A stretch of DNA of 64,000 bases, from contig RDEW01000020.1 of assembly GCA_011109175.1 (NCBI GenBank), positions 124,001-188,000 on the forward strand, in the 5' to 3' direction. The DNA comes from Dicyema japonicum. Taxonomy: Eukaryota > Animalia > Dicyemida. The notes under the pieces are model-generated. The model did no database searches and was not told where the DNA came from. It was given only the letters and a program-made list of their open reading frames with translations. A program made the translations under genes and the position numbers. Below, piece after piece: positions 1 to 12,200 of this stretch (positions are counted from its first letter, which is position 1; every line of letters starts with the position of its first letter).

Positions 1-1145
1 TACTGATGACGCTAAGCAACTCATTCATGAAATACTTAGCATTGATGGCATATTATCGACTCCACTTGTCATTTTGGACACTTGCGTTGACTGGGAGAAA
101 ATCGGCAGCAAGGAATATTTCACTTCACGTGGGTTTACAGCACAAGACTGTCGAGATATGATGTCCCACATGATTAGACGAGTAGTTTTAAATAAAATTT
201 TGTAGTTTGATTCTATGAGATCCTACGACAATATTTTACGCCAAGCACGTGACAATATCACCCGGGTCGGAAACCAGTCCAATAGTGATGCTCATTCGTG
301 TAACAATATTACTCAGAGAGGAAACCAGTCCAGTGGCGATGCTCATTCGCGTGACAATATCACCAGAGATGGAAATCGATTCAATGGTGCTCATTCTCGT
401 GACAACATAACCCAGAAGGAAACCAATCAAATGGTGGGGCTTATTCTCCTAAAAATATCACCCGGGATGGAATCCGGTCCAATGGTGCTCATTCTCCTAA
501 AAATATCACCGGGAAGGAATCCTGTCAATGGTGGCTTATTCTCGTGAAAAACCTCCACGTCCACGTAACCTGGTACGTTATACAGAATTTAGCCGCCTTA
601 ACTCAGGCGCCAAAAAATGTTTAAATTTATTTATTTGTAGCGGGCTATTCTGAGACAACTTCGGAAAATGTACTTGAGAAGTTGGAGACGACTAAGTGAC
701 GAGAAGAAGATCCCCTTTATATTGAAGTCTGCCAGACTTGGAAGACGCTATGTAAATTTATTCATTATTACTAGGGTGGGACGAGCATCTCCAGAAGGGA
801 GAGAGACATTATTAGAAGGGCTTTTGTGGACAGGAAAATTGAGTGATTCTTATATTTATAATTAGTTGTGACTTGGCGAGGAGAATTATGTTGGAAAGCA
901 GATTTGAGTTGCCAAAAATGCGGCCAACCACAAAGAAGAAGAAAGTAGAAACAAAAGATTCTCGAGGCGATTTCTTTTATAGTAAATATCTGACGAATTT
1001 TCCCGCAAAAAATCTCTACATTCATCTACTTAATAACATTCCCGGTTTTAAGGAATTCTTTAAGGAGACTGCTACTTCATTACATCTTGACTTATTTGAT
1101 GTTGTAAATAAGTTCAAATGGACTCAGATTCTGGTGGTTAAATAG
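1..1145 (+). CDS. UBF/UBTF-like HMG-box protein, 5' partial, several tiny introns
   Basis: Frame from position 2 reads ..VDWEKIGSKEYFTSRGFTAQDCRDMM..; after intron 182-205 it reads FDSMRSYDNILRQARDNI, resembling the UBF N-terminal domain (DWEKVAF..FSGDMCK..RTLTELILDAQEHV). Then KPPRPRN..YLRSWRRLSDEKKIPF (HMG-box-like). Further introns near 619-640, 752-774 and 843-865; stop at 1143-1145. Frame slips occur inside the internal repeat. Confidence 0.6.
248..547 (+). repeat. Coding minisatellite, about six degenerate 45-51 nt units (RDNITRxGNQSNxDAHS)
   Basis: Units of the form cgtgacaatatcacccgg..ggaaaccagtccaat.gtgatgctcattc are directly visible in DNA and in ORF 215..547. Confidence 0.9.
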
Positions 1146-1182
1146 TGTCATTGTAACAATTTTTAGTATAAATTTTAAACAT

Positions 1183-1991
1183 TTATTTAAGTAAAACGTT
1201 AGCAAACACGTAGGCTAAGATAGTTAATCTATCTGCTTCATGTGCTGATCGGCTGAATTTTCCCGCTCTTGACTTTGATAATTTATTAGAGATTGATCTA
1301 AGAATATTAATTAATATTACCATAATTTTCAAGATTGCTTGAATAATCGACGAGGGAATATATATTTGGGGAGAAAATAAGATTGGCATTGGAGTGGAGT
1401 AATAGACTGAATATGAACAAATATAGTACCAGGTGAGTTTGAGGGTCCGAAGAAGTGAGAATAACACAGTCCAGGGACCATTCCGTAGTTTGCAGCTGTG
1501 TAGACCTGTAAATTATGTCGGAAACGTTAAACATTATCATTACTGTCCTCAGATTGTGAAGGTTGAGGAGAGACGGGGAATACTGGAATATAAACCTAAA
1601 AGGATTAGTCAAATCTAAGCAAGCCAAGCAATTATTACTAACAGGGAAAGCACAAGGAGGAGGTGAGTTATTTTGTAGTCTTTCATTCTGAGGTTAAGTC
1701 GTCCATTGTGGAGTAGAACATCTTTCAGTTTACTTTGGGGGTGGAAGTACCTGCACGTGGTTCGATTACAACGCTGCTAAGAATAAATTTAATAACTTCT
1801 TTTAAAAAGTCATAACAGGAAATCACAGTTCCATTTGATATCAGGACAGAATTTGTTGGATGGGCAAACATGCAGTCATCAATTGACCGGGTACATTTTC
1901 CTTGTTGGAAATCTCTACAAACTTCTACAGTCAGCCAAGAAGTATCTTTGCCTTGAAACGAATAACCAAACATAACCGAATGACTGCGCAA
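1183..1991 (-). CDS. mbl: Muscleblind-like tandem CCCH zinc-finger RNA-binding protein (start codon uncertain, may extend to ~2070)
   Basis: KDTSWLTVEVCRDFQQGKCTR..CMFAHP..NGTVISCYDFLKE, then a 20-23 nt intron, then RCNRTTCRYFHPQSKLKDVLLHNGRLNL; matches MBNL ZnF1/ZnF2. The C-terminal exons are less certain. Confidence 0.85.
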
Positions 1992-2359
1992 ATTGTCATT
2001 ATATTAGCGATTATAACGTACATGGACCTGCCTCACTGATTATTGTGCCGCTTCACTGACTGTTAGTCATCCTCGGTCATAATTTAGAAATCAAAGGGGA
2101 CAACCAATCGTTCTATCGTTTCATTTTCAACTTCCTGGTTTCGGTTATTTCTCATGGTTTTGTAGGACAAATTTTACTCCTAATAGTATTCTTGGATAAT
2201 CTTAAATCATTAGTCCAGTTTCGCTTACCAATAATGGTCTCGTACTTCAATTGGGGTCCTCATCGTGGTTGGTGGACGTTTTGTCTTTCACGATGACAAA
2301 GGTCCTTACCAGTCCTTATACGCCAGACAGCCCTATGGCTGTCTTCATCAGTAATTTAG

Positions 2360-2510
2360 TGTTTATTTAGTTAAAAGGACTCCCGCTACTCATAAACATG
2401 CGCCTTCCTCTTTGCTATCCGTTCTACCAGTTTCCAAATGTAACTATCTTTCTCGCACGTTTCCGCAGTTCATCGAGGTCGTCTGTTTTCACTTTCCATC
2501 AGTGATTAGT
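2360..2510 (-). mobile_element. RTE-like LINE 3' remnant
   Basis: Minus strand encodes DDLDELRK, as at the C-terminus of the RTE copies at 5.8 kb and 21.9 kb, followed by an A-rich tail. Confidence 0.4.
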
Positions 2511-2789
2511 ATTTGTGATAAACGACTTTTTTGATTTGAGACATAAATTAACCTCAGAGGTTTAGCAATAATGGATTTCATGAAAACTTCATTCAAAGTC
2601 CTCCAAAATTCATAACCCGAGTGTATCTCTTAAGCAAGAGAGTGGTAGATAGGGAAAACAGAGGGAACCTTAACGAAGCATAAGAAATTCCTTGCAACTG
2701 TGATAAAGAAACCAGGGTCACATAATTTTTTGAGAGGCAGCTTGTTTCACCTCTGTACTCGAATCCGTCGGGATGTGTAGATGGGATGT

Positions 2790-2945
2790 AAAACGTCCGG
2801 ATGGAATGACCATCTTTCCGTTTGCTGTTGGGACGTCACGACACATTCACTTCAAACAACCTCCCTAAGAGTGCTGCCAATAGCTGTTCTGCCGCTAGGA
2901 AGGTCAAGACATTGAAGCGGCGGTAGTACGCCGACCTCTCCGATG
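2790..2945 (+). mobile_element. CRE-like non-LTR retrotransposon restriction-like endonuclease fragment
   Basis: KRPDGMTIFPFA..WDVT motif; homologous to 54010-54590. Confidence 0.5.
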
Positions 2946-5749
2946 ATGTAAGATTTGTTCATCTGGAGTCCTTAGACTGTCATCTATGATTTCTTCAGAG
3001 TAACTACAAGGATTACCAAAAATCTTATCCCATCAGATAAATTAGCATCAAAGATTGAAAAATGATCATTAAAATGGTAAATCCAAGGTCATTCAACTCT
3101 CATCAATTCATTTAAAAGACAAAATTTCTAACATTCAAATTTCTTAATTTCAGAAAACCTTGTAGTGAGATCGGCCCAGCTTAGCTAAGAATTGGGATTC
3201 AGCCTAGATACGAAGCCGCTATTTATTCGACTTCGTAGCCAGCCAATCAGACTCGAGAGACGCCATCGTTGTGAGACTGAACATCCGCAACGATTAATAG
3301 CGTTTTTTGAGAATATAAAATAGAATCATGTTTGGTAAGGATCTCAAAGATCAACATGATTGCAAACCTACAGTATGGGCACTTTTCCCACTGATATTTG
3401 GCCAGTATACACTCTTAAAGTCCAGAACAGGCACCGGAAAAAGACCCTTAGGACCTTCACTATTTGCCTTGGAGGTTGACTCCGTTGTTTCCCCATCAAG
3501 ACATCGCTTAATGTTTGGTATCTAGACAATAATGTCAGAAATAACGATGAGTTTGCAGAGGTGTGGATCTTTTGCAGAAACGTGCGAGATTTTACGGCAG
3601 CAATGTCGACCCATAAAACTCAGACTGTAGTTGGGGAAACTAACTCCGTTTTTAATTTTCGATAAACCCAACAGAGAAAAGGTGTCCAGGGTGACCAATT
3701 TGAGATAATTGAGTTTTTTGGAAAAAAGGCTGAAAGCCTAGACACACTGTATAAGAGAACCGAACATTATCGCGATGGTTGACATGAGACGAAAATAGTG
3801 CTTTATGCAATTCATTTATGGAGCCAGATGGTCAGAACTCTTTTAACATGGTGGGAGAATGATAATGATGGACTACACGTTACTCCCAATATTTTAGGGT
3901 TTCAGTCTTATGAAATAGGGTTTTATATAACACAACATTTAAATATTTGATTGGTGGATAAAATCTTAGAGTAAGATTTGTCAGGAGACTGACAGTTTGT
4001 TCAACTACAACCAGGTCTAGAGTTTCGCAAAAAAGTCCGCAGTTCTGTCGTGGCCTCGTTTCTGAAAATACTGCGGCGTCCAATAATCGAGTCATCTGCG
4101 TACGTCTACACCAAGGAATTGTTACCTCAGGATACCCGCATATCGTGTAGAAATAAGCTAAAGATGGACGAAGACCTCCCCATAATGAAGAAGAGGAATT
4201 AGCTTTCCCAAAAGACAATGTTCGAATCCATAATTATTTTTGTAGATTGTCACCTGTTTCTGCAAGGGCGCAATACCAAATGGTATTGCAAAGAACCACA
4301 TTCTTCCCCCATCCAGCCAACTAGTGGGTATTCTTTCATCGATGGAAACTTAATTTTCATACAAAATAAATTTAATAAATTCAATTTATTAACCAAAAAA
4401 TTGGAGAAATATTGATTAGGGGAATGTATCCTGACATGTGGCTTGGTCTCTTCACCAGGACCCGACCCGTTCTTAACTTCTACTTTTTCTTACGAAAGCT
4501 ACTTGTGTGTATCCCATCCGCTATTCCACATATTTTCGCATATGATTCAACAATGATTGGAGGCCAAAGTTTTTAGAAAACGAATCAGCTACTCGAGCTA
4601 CAAAATAGTCATAATGAGGGCCTTTATATTGCTGGAGCGAATATATTTTCTATCTGCAAATTCCGTTACACGGAGAATAGAGGAATAGGAAAAAATGTAA
4701 AACTCATTCTTTTCGTGACCAAGGAAGAGATGATGAACTAGAAGACATCAGAAACCCGAAGTGCTGACAAGAGAATTGTCAGATGCGGGAAGGATCCGGC
4801 TTCAAATCTTGTCCAGTCATATATTGAAAGAACTTGGAGGATCATCTGTCAATTTTAAAGTAAAATTCGGTCCCATGTGTATTTTTGGAAGGCTCAGGGT
4901 TTTTTGACACAACCTATCCATGATGAAGTCATTCTTTAGAGCTACAGCTTAACATGGTCATTACATTTTTTGCATTCCTTATCGAAGCATCACCTCTTCA
5001 TGGGCCAAGATAACAAACTGACTGATTCCTCTTGAAAGACTTATTGATATATCACAATCCTTGGGGGATAAAATCTCTGGGATCCGGGAGTAATAGAGAA
5101 TATCGAGTGTACTTCTTTTATAGATATTCCCCTCGTCCGGTTTCTCAATGATTATCACATCTGATTTTGCTCAAAGGAACTTTTTTTCTATTTGACTTCC
5201 AAAAGTGGTTCACTCTCAGGTCTCCCTGCTTTTTGAATAGCAGGTGGATACATCATAACGTTCCAGTTAACTAATTGGGAGATCTGTGATACATTTATTA
5301 CAAAAATGAGCAACAAAGACAACTTTCATGGAACAGACTTTCTCAGCTTTCTCAACTTTAGACGAAAACACCAGGCGATTTTTGTTTTTTTTGTCGAGTC
5401 AATCCGACTGAGATTGCATATTCAATTCCACCATTGACCAGTACTGCTACGGTAATAATAAGGTCATCAGTGCTCGATTTTACAATATTCCCCCAAATCT
5501 TTATTATCAGTGTCAGCAGACTTGCTTTCCTCCCTAATAATATTTTGGATAGTTGGATTGTTCCTCAAAATCACGGTAAATATTCAGTAACGCTATTAAG
5601 TACCATTTTTAAAACTAACAAAATAACAAACTTCTATAGAAGGGTCAATTTCTATAATAACCACGACCACGCAAGGATGATCCGGGAATTAATGGATCAC
5701 TTAATTGGTGTTTTAACATCTTTCTTGGTCATCTTGGGGTTCTCAAATT

Positions 5750-6690
5750 TTAATATAGGCAACATGCGTAAAACCATAATAGTTATAATTTCACTCGTGC
5801 AGCATTCGAAACAATCCAACACTTCCTAACACCTCGATCGTAACAGAGTTTCCTCAACTCGTCCAGATCACCTCTACTTCTTAGTCTTTTGTTCACAAGC
5901 TTTAGATTTCCATCAAGTGTTTCTGGAAATGTAATACGCCGACGTCTACGGAAACACTGCCTTTGCCTCATTAACTAATCCTCCATTGCTATGTTGGTTG
6001 GAGCACCCAAGTCCATTCGTAAAATATGTCCAAATAGCCTCCAATTCATATCAACAATTTTGAGACTCAGGATGGCTGCATAACATATCTTATATAGTGA
6101 TTCCTTGTTTATTCACCGTTGGCCAGTTCAGTCCTAGTGCGCGCGCACTGTGAGCACAAGGATCTAAGTTGTCTTCGGTGGAAAGACTCTAGTCCAAATT
6201 GTTCGGATTTGGACGTCCCCCTGGTCGATGAATTGTATACTAGGATTGTTTTGACAAAGGCTTCAGTCTCAAACGAAGTGATGTGCAGGATCGTCTTTTG
6301 CCAATCCACTCTTCAACTTGTTCATCGCTACCCAAGCGAGGGCATTTCTTTTGGCAATATCTTGGCTGTCTTTAAGTAAAGAGCCAAGTTTGTTCGTTTT
6401 GCGCTATGTTTCACTTGATCTGCTTTCCATTCTTCTGATTTCCACTGTCTGTTTTTGCGATCTTCATTCTGAGGAACCATCTTTTTAGCTCAGCAGGTGC
6501 CACCTCGAGGAGTCGAAGTAAAACCGAATTGTCTTCTGATGTCGTCCGCGTAAGCAATTTTGACGATGTTGCAATCATAGAACTTCCGTAATGCCGCCTC
6601 CAGATATATGACAAATAGCAGGGGCGATAAGGAATTTCCCTGGGGAGTACCAGCATTGCACGTAAATTCATGGAAAAACGTCGTACCAAC
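5750..6690 (-). mobile_element. 5'-truncated decayed RTE-clade LINE
   Basis: SLSPLLFVIYLEAALR, AYADD, APAELKRWFL, AFVKTILVYN, ESFHRRQLRSL, DLDELRKL; colinear with the element at 20892-22021. Confidence 0.8.
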
Positions 6691-6893
6691 CCGGACTCTG
6701 AGATTCGTGTTATTTATTTATTTTATTTAAAGCTTCGTGTTAGATAAAAACACTCTCAAATATAAAAATAAATAATAACCGGTTAATAATTTGAAATTTA
6801 TTTAACATATTAATTATTAACATTATTAATTTTTTTTCAAATTAAAAAAAAACACTAAACTTTTCTTGTGCAGTAAACTCAAAATTAAATAAT

Positions 6894-8989
6894 ATGGTTG
6901 AGTGGCTCATAGAATTCACATTTAGACAGAGAAAATACCAAACTTCACAAAAATATCAGATGTTATAGAATACACGAGCAATCCCACTACCGACCAATCG
7001 CTCACACAAATTTTAACCTACTGTGTGGACAGAATCACTCATTCTGATCTTTCCATGGTCTTCAATTCCCTCGAAGTACGAATCAATTAATTCAGTCCAT
7101 TAAAATAATCCTAGATTTTGTCCATTTGCGCAGAAACAATTTCACCGACTTTATCCCCTCCCTTCAAGTCCTTAATGTACTCTCATTTTAACACCAGAAA
7201 CTAATTTCCGTGATTTCCGCGATAAAAACAGAAAACTACACGATCACCAGAAAATCCGTGCAAATATTACTCTCACTATTAACTATCATAATATCTCTTG
7301 AATCAAAAGAATTGACAATCACGGAAACATACTCCCTGGCCTTAGACATCATCAGTGACAACAAACACGTGCTTGCCGAAGATATGATCGTTTTTCTTGC
7401 CTTGGCCACCCAGACCGTCCACTCCGAGGTCGCATGTGCTTAAATTGCAGGCCACCAACAACTTTGTGGTCCAACTGTCCATCATGAATCAGTATGACGT
7501 CATATCAGTACCCACGTGGGTTAACTTAGATGTACGTCCTCAACATTGCCAACAGAATCGACACCTTTAATAAAACATACAAGGACAAAATGGTGGGATC
7601 ACGGATTCTGTCGTTTTTCACAGACAAAGTTTTACGGAAAACCAAAGTGGACGACCACTCCCTTCAAATGATTGTAAACCATGTAGGCTTCTCCGTTGTT
7701 TTCGCCCTCTTCCAGGCTATTCGACTAAACCGAGACTTTATTGCCGCACTCACATACGTAAGCCTACGTGGTAATTCAGTCTCACATTTTTATTCCTCCA
7801 AAGACAAAGTCCAGCAAACTTGCGAGGAACCCGAAGAACATGTTGACAATATTCTTCGAATTTGTCTCCGTGGTGATGCTGGATATCATAGGTATCCCAC
7901 GTGGTTATTGTAGAACCTCAGCGATACAGAATGTGCCTCCTCTGTTTCCTCATCCTCAATACAATATGCGGAGTCTTTTGATTTCTTATCATTAGGACGA
8001 GTATGCAAACTATTTAATCCACGTGCACGCCCTCACGTTCGCCACGACCACATATAAAAGGACTACTGGGAGGAAGAAGACCCAGGAATCTAATCCTCCG
8101 CTGCAGCAACTCCCCTTTCTGTTTATCAGTACAATCAGTCTATAATTAGACTTTATTGATGAGTTTTTGAAGGCAAACATCAAAGAAGAATTTCCCTTTG
8201 ATCTTTATATGTTTTTTGTGATCTTAGTGGTAGACTGTCTTTGCGATCTCTTCACTGTCTGCTGTGCTACCAGAAGAAGGCTGAGTATAGACTGAACTTT
8301 AAATGGGAATCAATATGGAGCTGTATAGAACCATTTTACTGTAGCACTGCTTCTCATCCTCGACTATGTGGTAAAGTATAAACCAACCCACGTGGACGTT
8401 CTATTGCTGATATATTTGGTTATTTTTGTGTTTATTAGAGATTCTGCTAATCTTCAACATGTTCATTCTCTATGGAGACTATATTTTGACTACAGTAGGC
8501 CTTTACGATCAGCTGTACTACGAACTGCTTCACGACAGACAGGTCTTCTTCAAACTGAGCCCATTGTGTAGTTTTGTACTGTTAGTGGCAGTAGAAGAGT
8601 GTTCCCCAAACTCTGTTGTGACTATGGGGAATGTGAGGGAGTGTCTGGAGAATGTAATGAGCATATTGAGTATTGGGGATAAAATAGATGAGTGGACGGC
8701 CGCTAATAACGTGGTTATTACTGAGGATGTGGTGTACTCTGTCATCAAGAATAATTTGGAGTCAGTAAGTTTGACAATGCTACCCTGTGTTGATAGGTTC
8801 GTGAACGACTTTAGTGAGTTGCTGGTCCCCTCTGGATTCTTTAGTGAGCTGGTTGGGATTATTTTGTTAGATTAGGTTGGGATCGTTGTCCATGAAGTGA
8901 GAACTGAGCGGTTGAATTCCTTTGATGTTCCAGCAGATGCCTTTGTTAAAGAGACAGTTGAGGATAACTCAGAGTCCGGGCTGTCTTAG
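6894..8989 (+). CDS. ARMH3: Armadillo-like helical domain-containing protein 3 (C10orf76/UPF0668), many ~22 nt introns
   Basis: LIFNMFILYGDYILTTVGLYDQLYYELLHDRQVFFKL and KIDEWTAANN..ITEDVVYSVIKNNLESVSLTMLPCVDRF..FFSELV match the ARMH3 C-terminal domain ([28 protein letters not shown]..). Introns e.g. 7508-7529, 7758-7779, 7892-7913. Confidence 0.8.
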
Positions 8990-9183
8990 TTATTTTATTA
9001 ATAAAATATGAATATTGATTTAAATTTAGCCGAGTGGTTACAATAAGCACGAAGCCGAAGCTACGATGTAGTATGTCGCGCGCACTGTGAGCAAACATGC
9101 ACAACGCGCAATGAATCATGTGTCAATCAATATCATATGTCAAAATCAATCAATATCACGATTAATTACTGAAATAAGATAAT

Positions 9184-11701
9184 ATGTTATGTTGTCCAAT
9201 TAAGTCGTGTCCGACCCTTGGAGATCTCATGAACGCGTTTCCTACATTAACCAGTCTGCATTTTGTCCTTAAGCAAACATCTTTGCTTTTCCAAATTCTA
9301 TTTATTCTCTGGAAGGTGTCTCGTCCCATGGCAATTCGCCTCCTTGATTTCCAATCCTCCGTCACCATTCCGATTAATTAGACATCCCAGAAAAACAACA
9401 TTATCGCAACACTCTATTTTTTCATTCCCAATTTTTAGTTCCATTATTAGCAGTCGTCATAATTTTGGTCTTTTTGATATTTAGCAATAAACCAAAGACG
9501 GCGCTCTCTTCTCTGAATCTTAGAATCAACTCCCTGAGGCCATCCTTTGTTTCAGCCAGTAAGGTTGTATCGTCAGCATTGCGCAAATTATTGATGTTCC
9601 TGCCTCCAATTTTAATCTCGTTATTTGATACAGTATCCAATTTAGTCATGATCATTTCGGCATAAATATTGAATAGGATAGGAGATAATAAGCATCCTTG
9701 TCTTACTCCTTTACCAATTTCGAACCAATCGGTATCTCCATACACTGTTCTAGCAGTAGCTTCTTGATCCTTATAAAGAGATTTTATAAGCAATATCAGA
9801 TGGGTATCGAATCCAAATTCTTTTAAAACGGACCACAGCTCGTCATGTATAACGGAATCAAAAGCTTTCCAATAGTCAATGAAGCACATGTATACACTCT
9901 TTTGGATTCATGAGCTTTCTCCATAATCCACCGGACATTTTCTATATGATCACGTGTGCTTCGTCCCTTCCAGAATCCTGGTTGGACATCCGGTGGTATC
10001 ATTTCGGCATTTGTCATTAGACGATGTTGTATTATCTTTAGAAGTATTTTGCTGACGTGGGGAATTAAGGCTATTGTACGATAGTTTGAACAGTTCTTGC
10101 TATCCCCTTTTTTCGGTATTGGAATAAATATAGATCTTTTCCACTCACGTGGCCAAATACCAGTTTCCCAATTTTTTTGAATAGACTGGTGATAGCTGTC
10201 ACCATATAGCTTCAACAATTCGCTTGAGATGTTGTCAATCCCCGGTGCTTATTCCCCGTTAATTGCCGTGTAGCCCACACGCATTCTTCATCAAGGATTT
10301 TATGCCCCTCACCCAACGTTGCTTCATCAACATATATGGGTGGGCACACAGTTTCTGAATATAGCCGTTCCGTATATTCTCTCCAACGATTTCGGATGTT
10401 CTGTTGGCTTAGCTATTCTACACCATCCTTGTCCTTGATTTTGCCTATTATTTTCGTAAAGGAAGTTCGTAATCTTTTTAGTTGTAAATACGCATTCCTA
10501 GTGTGACCTCTCTTATAGTCATCTTCCATTTTTTGCAGTGTAACCTCCAGTAGTCTTCTTTATACTTCCTGGCTGCCTTTTTGAATTCAGAGTTAAGTTT
10601 TCTTGTCTCGTCTATATTCCCAGAGACTTTAGCAGCTTTACGAGCCTCAGCAATGTTTAGGGTGTTGGCAGAGAGCCACTCAGAGCACTTGGCCGGCGTT
10701 TTGTATTTGACATGTTTTATTGCAGCGTTCCTGATAACCAACTGCATATCTTTCCATAATTCATCAGGCATCCTTCCGATCAAATCCAGTAATCCAATGT
10801 TGTGCTTAACTTCCATTGCGTATTCGGATGGTATGTTTGAGACATCGAATTTCTTTACTCGGGGGTATTCCAAATGTTACTGAATTTCGTCCTAATTTTT
10901 GCAACAAGTATCTGATGGTCTGTTCCACAGTCTGCTCCTGGATATGTTTTGACGGCTATTATAGAGCTTTTCCAGCGTTTGGCGCACAAAATAAATCAAT
11001 CTGGTTCCTAGAATGCCATTTGGAGACGTCCAAGTGAATAATCGTCGTTTGTGCTGTTTGAACCATGTGTTAGTTATCTAAATCCATTTTTTGACAGAAT
11101 TAGACCAGTCGATCCCCAGCATCATTTTTTCCCCAAACCGAAACTTCCCCGTATGTGGCATACACCCAACTTTTGAATTGAAATCCCCATTATGCAGATT
11201 ATGTCCTTTTTGGGTATTAGTTTTAGTGCCTCTTGAAATTCATAATAAAATTGGTCAATTTCGTCATCCTTGGCAGTAGATGTTGGGGCATACACTTGCA
11301 TGACCGTAATATTCAATGGTCGTCCACGGACGTGGATTAGTATTATCCGATCATTAAATATTCTATGACTTTCAATAGCAGGTGCAATTTTCTTTGAAGA
11401 AATGAAGGCCACTCCGTTTCTCGCCAACATAATATATGACGAAATCATCAGAACGAAAAAAACCACTGTCGATCCAGTGAAGTTCGCTTACTCCAAGCTG
11501 GTCAATATCAAGCCTTCTCATTTCTCTTTTTACGACTTCTAGTTTCCCTTCATTTAAGCCTCTTACGTTCCATGTTGCGAAATTGTCAGATTCTGTGTGA
11601 CGAAGACTCGAGATTTGATGTTTTGCAGTAACGTTGCTTCCAATTAGATCGTAGGAGAGTTTGCTCATAAGATTTTCTTGGCATTTAAATACAGGGTAGG
11701 T
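9184..11701 (-). mobile_element. RTE/BovB-like LINE (AP endonuclease + RT), frameshifted and internally deleted
   Basis: ATWNVRGLNEGKLEVVKREM (APE); NYRTIALIPHVSKILL, FIDYWKAFDSV, GVRQGCLLSPILFN, NLRNADD (RT); BovB-type 3' tail gggtcggacacgactt; 14-bp TSD tgaa[a/g]taagataat at 9170-9183 and 11702-11715. Confidence 0.9.
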
Positions 11702-11820
11702 TGAAGTAAGATAATCTAGAGTTAATTTATTTCATCAAAATTAATTATATTTTTTGACCATTTTTTCCACCAGTTGATAAATCAACCTAAAAATATTTTT
11801 TTACATTCTAACCTCTAACC

Positions 11821-12200
11821 AAGGTGTCAAACTCATTTAGTTTCGAGGGCCGCATTTATAATAATTTTTCATCAAGGAAAGATTATTTATTTATTTTAAT
11901 GAAAAACCAAAAATAAGGGAAAACTAAATATGTAATCACCATCTTCTAATCGTGCTTAGAGCAACTTCCGGAGGATTGACATTTTTTTCGGATACAATTT
12001 TTGATTTGTCGGGCTCAACTATTCGTGTAGTCCCGACTTTTATTAAAGCCGATAAATTTTCATCAGTGAGTCTTGTTCTTTGAACAGTTTTTGTTAATTT
12101 CATAAATGAAAAAAGTTGTTAACACACATATGTCTAACCAAACATAGCAATTATTTAAAATTTTTAAAGTTTTAAAATTTTTCAGGAAAATGTGAAAAGA
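11821..12200 (-). mobile_element. hAT (SPIN/GTF2IRD2-like) 3' end; copy at ~30796-31170
   Basis: TIR-like ca(a/g)gg..tgtcaaactc; minus strand AMFG*TYVC*QLFSFMKLTKTVQRTRLTDENL (hAT dimerisation domain). Confidence 0.7.

Noticed and set aside
248-547. Regularly spaced repeats as a CRISPR array
   Set aside because: No unique spacers, units are coding and degenerate, eukaryotic context, no cas genes.
9028-9075. tRNA or SINE from A-box-like tagccgagtggtta
   Set aside because: No B box or cloverleaf follows.
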